A stretch of DNA of 64,000 bases from an uncultured Clostridia bacterium (GTDB taxonomy: Bacteria; Bacillota; Clostridia; TANB77; CAG-508): NCBI GenBank assembly GCA_947623945.1, contig CANQHU010000001.1, positions 102,585 to 166,584 on the forward strand, written 5' to 3'. The translations under genes and the position numbers were made by a program. The notes beneath the pieces were generated by a model. It worked only from the letters and a program-made list of their open reading frames with translations. It searched no databases and had not been told where the DNA came from. Numbering within the stretch: position 1 is the stretch's first letter; every line of letters begins with the position of its first letter. This document shows, piece by piece, positions 61,277-64,000 of this stretch.

Positions 61277-64000
61277 TTACAGTATGGGCTCGTCGTTGAC
61301 GGCTAATTTTTGCAGTTCCGCATCAAATACTTTGGCAGAGGCATAGGCTAATTTCATCGTGGTGGTTTCGGTATTATTGATAACGCCGTTTCCAAAGTCT
61401 CCGTTTTTATCTAACTGCGCCGCATACACTTTATCCACAAAGGTATCGACAACGCCTTCCGGAATTAAGCCTTCCGTAATCTCTTTTAAGATAACACGGG
61501 AATCGTGCGCGTTGTATTTCCCGTTTAATACCTGTTTCATGGTCTTAATCCCGCTGTCAATGATAGGCAGCTTTTCGGCGCTCTTTTTCATCTGCAAGCA
61601 GGATTGTGTCATAGAGTAGGACAAATCCATCGCGCTCCGCAGAATGTCATTGTGATTATCCTGTAAGTGGGAAATCAGTTTGTTTGTGGTCGCGCCTGCC
61701 AGACCGGTCCATTCGGACTTGGCAATTAAGGCTTTCGCCAACGCCTGATTTTCCTCTTTGGTATAGCCGCTATCCAGATAACGCTCCATATCGACTCGTT
61801 TTCCCTTGATACCGTCATCTGCCAGCTTGCAAAGGGAATTCTTTGCAGACTGTTCATCGGTAAAGGAAATCGGATAAGCGCCATAGCTCTTGGGAGAATC
61901 CAAAAGCTGTCTGGTTTTTGCTTCGACTAAGGCAACCAGCTCTTCACTGGACTTTCCATCGGCAAAGGTAATGTCGCTGATATCCATGCCATTTGCTTTG
62001 GCAATGCCGACAAAATCGGCAGAATCGGTATTTAATTTGACTTCGCCGTAATAATTGACACGCTCCGTCACATTGGACTTTTCAAAGAGTTCCTGCTTTT
62101 TCTCTTCCGAGAGATTGATATTTTTATAGGCATTTTCCCCTTCGGTATCGCCATCGTAGTCTCCGTCCTGCATATTAATCATTAACGGATTCGTATGCAA
62201 TACATTCGGAGCCGCGCCGCCGACATTGTTCATAGAAAGCACATTTCCACACTGAATCGCCGGGTCACGGTGAACGACCACTCTGGTGTCTTCCACATTG
62301 CTTCGGACATCATTTAATCCAATGCTCGGGTCCGGTACGATAACGGTGGTTCGGGCGCCAGTGGTAAAGGTCATGGTATCAATGTTCTTTAACAGGTTGT
62401 TTTTATCTGTTAAGTTTTTGTAGTCAATGCCGCTGAACTTATCATAGGCTGCTTGTATTTTATCCTCACTGCCACAGGCTAATTCCCGGAATATATCAAT
62501 GTATCGGTAAGGAATCGTGCCATCGGCATTGACACGAATCGGCAGGACATTATGCCCTTGGGAATCTTGTATCGGCCCGTCAAAGAACCGGCTGTTAAGC
62601 TGCATATCCCCAAGGTCGATGTTGATTTTGTTGTCCCGCATCTGGTTCATTAAGGATAACCGAATAGCCGATGGATTCATATATTCAAAGGTATCGACAG
62701 AAACGGTCACCGGAGCGTCCACAAATAGATTGACATTCCCCTCAGAGAGCAGCTTCTTGTCATCGTTAAAGCTGACACCTAGCCGTTCAAAGGTAGCCGC
62801 TACCTCATCAATGTGACGGTTTCGTACTTCCTCGGAGATAAAGCCTTCTTTGTAAAGGTCGCCGACCTTTGCTGTTAAAGCATAGCGGAACAGGGTAGAA
62901 TACCGTCTGCCATCTCCCTCAATGCCATAATCCTTACTCTTATGCTCGGCCGTTTGTGCCAGACGCATATAAGTAAGCTGGGTGCCGCCGTTTTCTACCG
63001 TGGTACCGTCGGGCAGGGTCACATCAAAAGTGTCGCCGTCCAAGCCCTCATAAACAATGCCCATATTCAAACGGGAGGCAATGGAAGACGGAGAGGCAAT
63101 CACATCAATATCCGGATTGTCTTTCATAAACTGAATGGCATTCTCTAAGTGCCGCTCTTTGACTTGCTCTTCTGTTAAATCGCCTAAGATAACGGAAACC
63201 GTACCCTTGTTGCCATGGAAGTCCTCCAGCTTATCGCCAACCTTAATGGTTCCATTCATGTTGTTGGTAAGTACCAGTGCATCTTCCATGTTCCACATAC
63301 CAAATTCACCGATAAATACATTCGGCTTCATCACATCTAAAGAGGTGAGCATCGCATTGAAGCTCATCTGGTTTCGGTTAAAGTTATCTCTATCGGCGTG
63401 GCAGGCGTCAATGATTTCACCTATCTCGGAAAACCTTGACTGTCCCGGCGTAATCGTGCCATCGGGATTGATAACGGCGTCTTTGGTTAGATAGAAAATC
63501 ATACCTAAATTTCGGCCATTGCTGGTGCCATACGGGTCAATCACTCCTGCCGCATCTTCGTCTAACATCGTCAAGGCAACGGCCCCCAGTTCATCAGCAG
63601 TGCCGCCAAATTCCGCTAACAGGGAATTGGACTCTTGATAGCGTTTGGATAAGACAACCTTATGCTTTAAGGTGTCTAAGATTTCTTGTCCGTATGGGTG
63701 ATTATCAAAATCCGGTAAATTTCTTGTCACATCCAAAATCGTCTTGAATTTGACATTGCCCTTTTTCGTCAAATCATACTGTAATCTTACGCCGTCAATC
63801 GCCCGTTCTACCGGGTCGATGACCCGTAAACGGTCAATCCGGGAACCGGAGCCCTCGGCAAAATAACCAATGTGGTAGGGAAGATAGGCTGTTTTCTGAT
63901 TATGGAAGACACCCTTTTCATCGACTTCGGGTAAGTTTGTAATCTTACGAGTATACCCATCTTCCTGTAGCTCTAACACGCCTTTTTCCCGGTCATACCG
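61277..64000 (-). CDS. single-polypeptide two-double-psi-beta-barrel RNA polymerase (YonO-like), N-terminus probably beyond the window
   Basis: Beta-subunit-like box KVGDKLEDFHGNKGTVSVI...DIDVIASPSSIASRLNMG. Beta-prime-like boxes VVVHRDPAIQCGNVL and the catalytic MQDGDYDGD (cf. NADFDGD). The frame stays open upstream of the GTG at 63979 as far as position 64000. Confidence 0.7.
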   Translation of the reverse strand, partial: RYDREKGVLELQEDGYTRKITNLPEVDEKGVFHNQKTAYLPYHIGYFAEGSGSRIDRLRVIDPVERAIDGVRLQYDLTKKGNVKFKTILDVTRNLPDFDNHPYGQEILDTLKHKVVLSKRYQESNSLLAEFGGTADELGAVALTMLDEDAAGVIDPYGTSNGRNLGMIFYLTKDAVINPDGTITPGQSRFSEIGEIIDACHADRDNFNRNQMSFNAMLTSLDVMKPNVFIGEFGMWNMEDALVLTNNMNGTIKVGDKLEDFHGNKGTVSVILGDLTEEQVKERHLENAIQFMKDNPDIDVIASPSSIASRLNMGIVYEGLDGDTFDVTLPDGTTVENGGTQLTYMRLAQTAEHKSKDYGIEGDGRRYSTLFRYALTAKVGDLYKEGFISEEVRNRHIDEVAATFERLGVSFNDDKKLLSEGNVNLFVDAPVTVSVDTFEYMNPSAIRLSLMNQMRDNKINIDLGDMQLNSRFFDGPIQDSQGHNVLPIRVNADGTIPYRYIDIFRELACGSEDKIQAAYDKFSGIDYKNLTDKNNLLKNIDTMTFTTGARTTVIVPDPSIGLNDVRSNVEDTRVVVHRDPAIQCGNVLSMNNVGGAAPNVLHTNPLMINMQDGDYDGDTEGENAYKNINLSEEKKQELFEKSNVTERVNYYGEVKLNTDSADFVGIAKANGMDISDITFADGKSSEELVALVEAKTRQLLDSPKSYGAYPISFTDEQSAKNSLCKLADDGIKGKRVDMERYLDSGYTKEENQALAKALIAKSEWTGLAGATTNKLISHLQDNHNDILRSAMDLSYSMTQSCLQMKKSAEKLPIIDSGIKTMKQVLNGKYNAHDSRVILKEITEGLIPEGVVDTFVDKVYAAQLDKNGDFGNGVINNTETTTMKLAYASAKVFDAELQKLAVNDEPIL

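Noticed and set aside
1-64000. Prophage boundaries, att sites, and integrase or transposase genes.
   Set aside because: I recognised no recombinase motifs and no long direct repeats flanking a block. The window appears to lie entirely inside the element.

Overview
This is a gene-dense segment with about 75 supported CDS, and it looks like part of a large mobile genetic element (large phage, phage-plasmid or conjugative megaplasmid) of a Firmicutes/Clostridia-type host. The host assignment rests on strong AGGAGG-type RBSs and many ATGA/TAATG coupled stop-starts. Nearly everything from 1 to 60.3 kb is on the + strand. A bidirectional terminator at about 60.3 kb separates this from a convergent minus-strand block that runs off the window end.

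Modules in order:
- (1) Anaerobic ribonucleotide reductase NrdD.
- (2) A SipW-type signal peptidase with two TasA/camelysin-like proteins, an anchored surface protein and a 1529-aa secreted S8-protease/adhesin.
- (3) A translationally coupled cassette encoding an E2-like protein, three unknowns, an SNF2 ATPase, a stand-alone HIRAN protein, a ThiF/E1-like protein and a JAMM/JAB peptidase.
- (4) Small unknown genes.
- (5) A replication/recombination block: MBL-fold hydrolase, UvrD-like helicase, family-B DNA polymerase and a relaxase-like HUH protein.
- (6) A strongly signalled monocistronic gene.
- (7) Four tandem paralogs of an unknown family of 420-520 aa, interleaved with two BspA-type LRR proteins. 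These are followed by an internalin-type LRR protein and a multi-Myb/SANT-repeat DNA-binding protein.
- (8) A nicotinamidase-like hydrolase, an XRE HTH protein, a possible AEP primase, NAD-dependent ligase LigA, a paralog pair, an orphan MazF-like toxin, a RecD-like helicase and a P-loop kinase.
- (9) On the minus strand, a single-polypeptide two-barrel (YonO-like) RNA polymerase.

I recognised no rRNA, tRNA, CRISPR array, integrase, transposase, reverse transcriptase or capsid/tail genes.

The most notable observations are the ubiquitin-like conjugation cassette fused operonically to a split Rad5/HLTF-like SNF2+HIRAN pair, and a three-copy structured intergenic element with covarying stems placed in front of operons. 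The tandem paralog/LRR array is the third. All functional calls come from motif recognition by eye; no database search was run.
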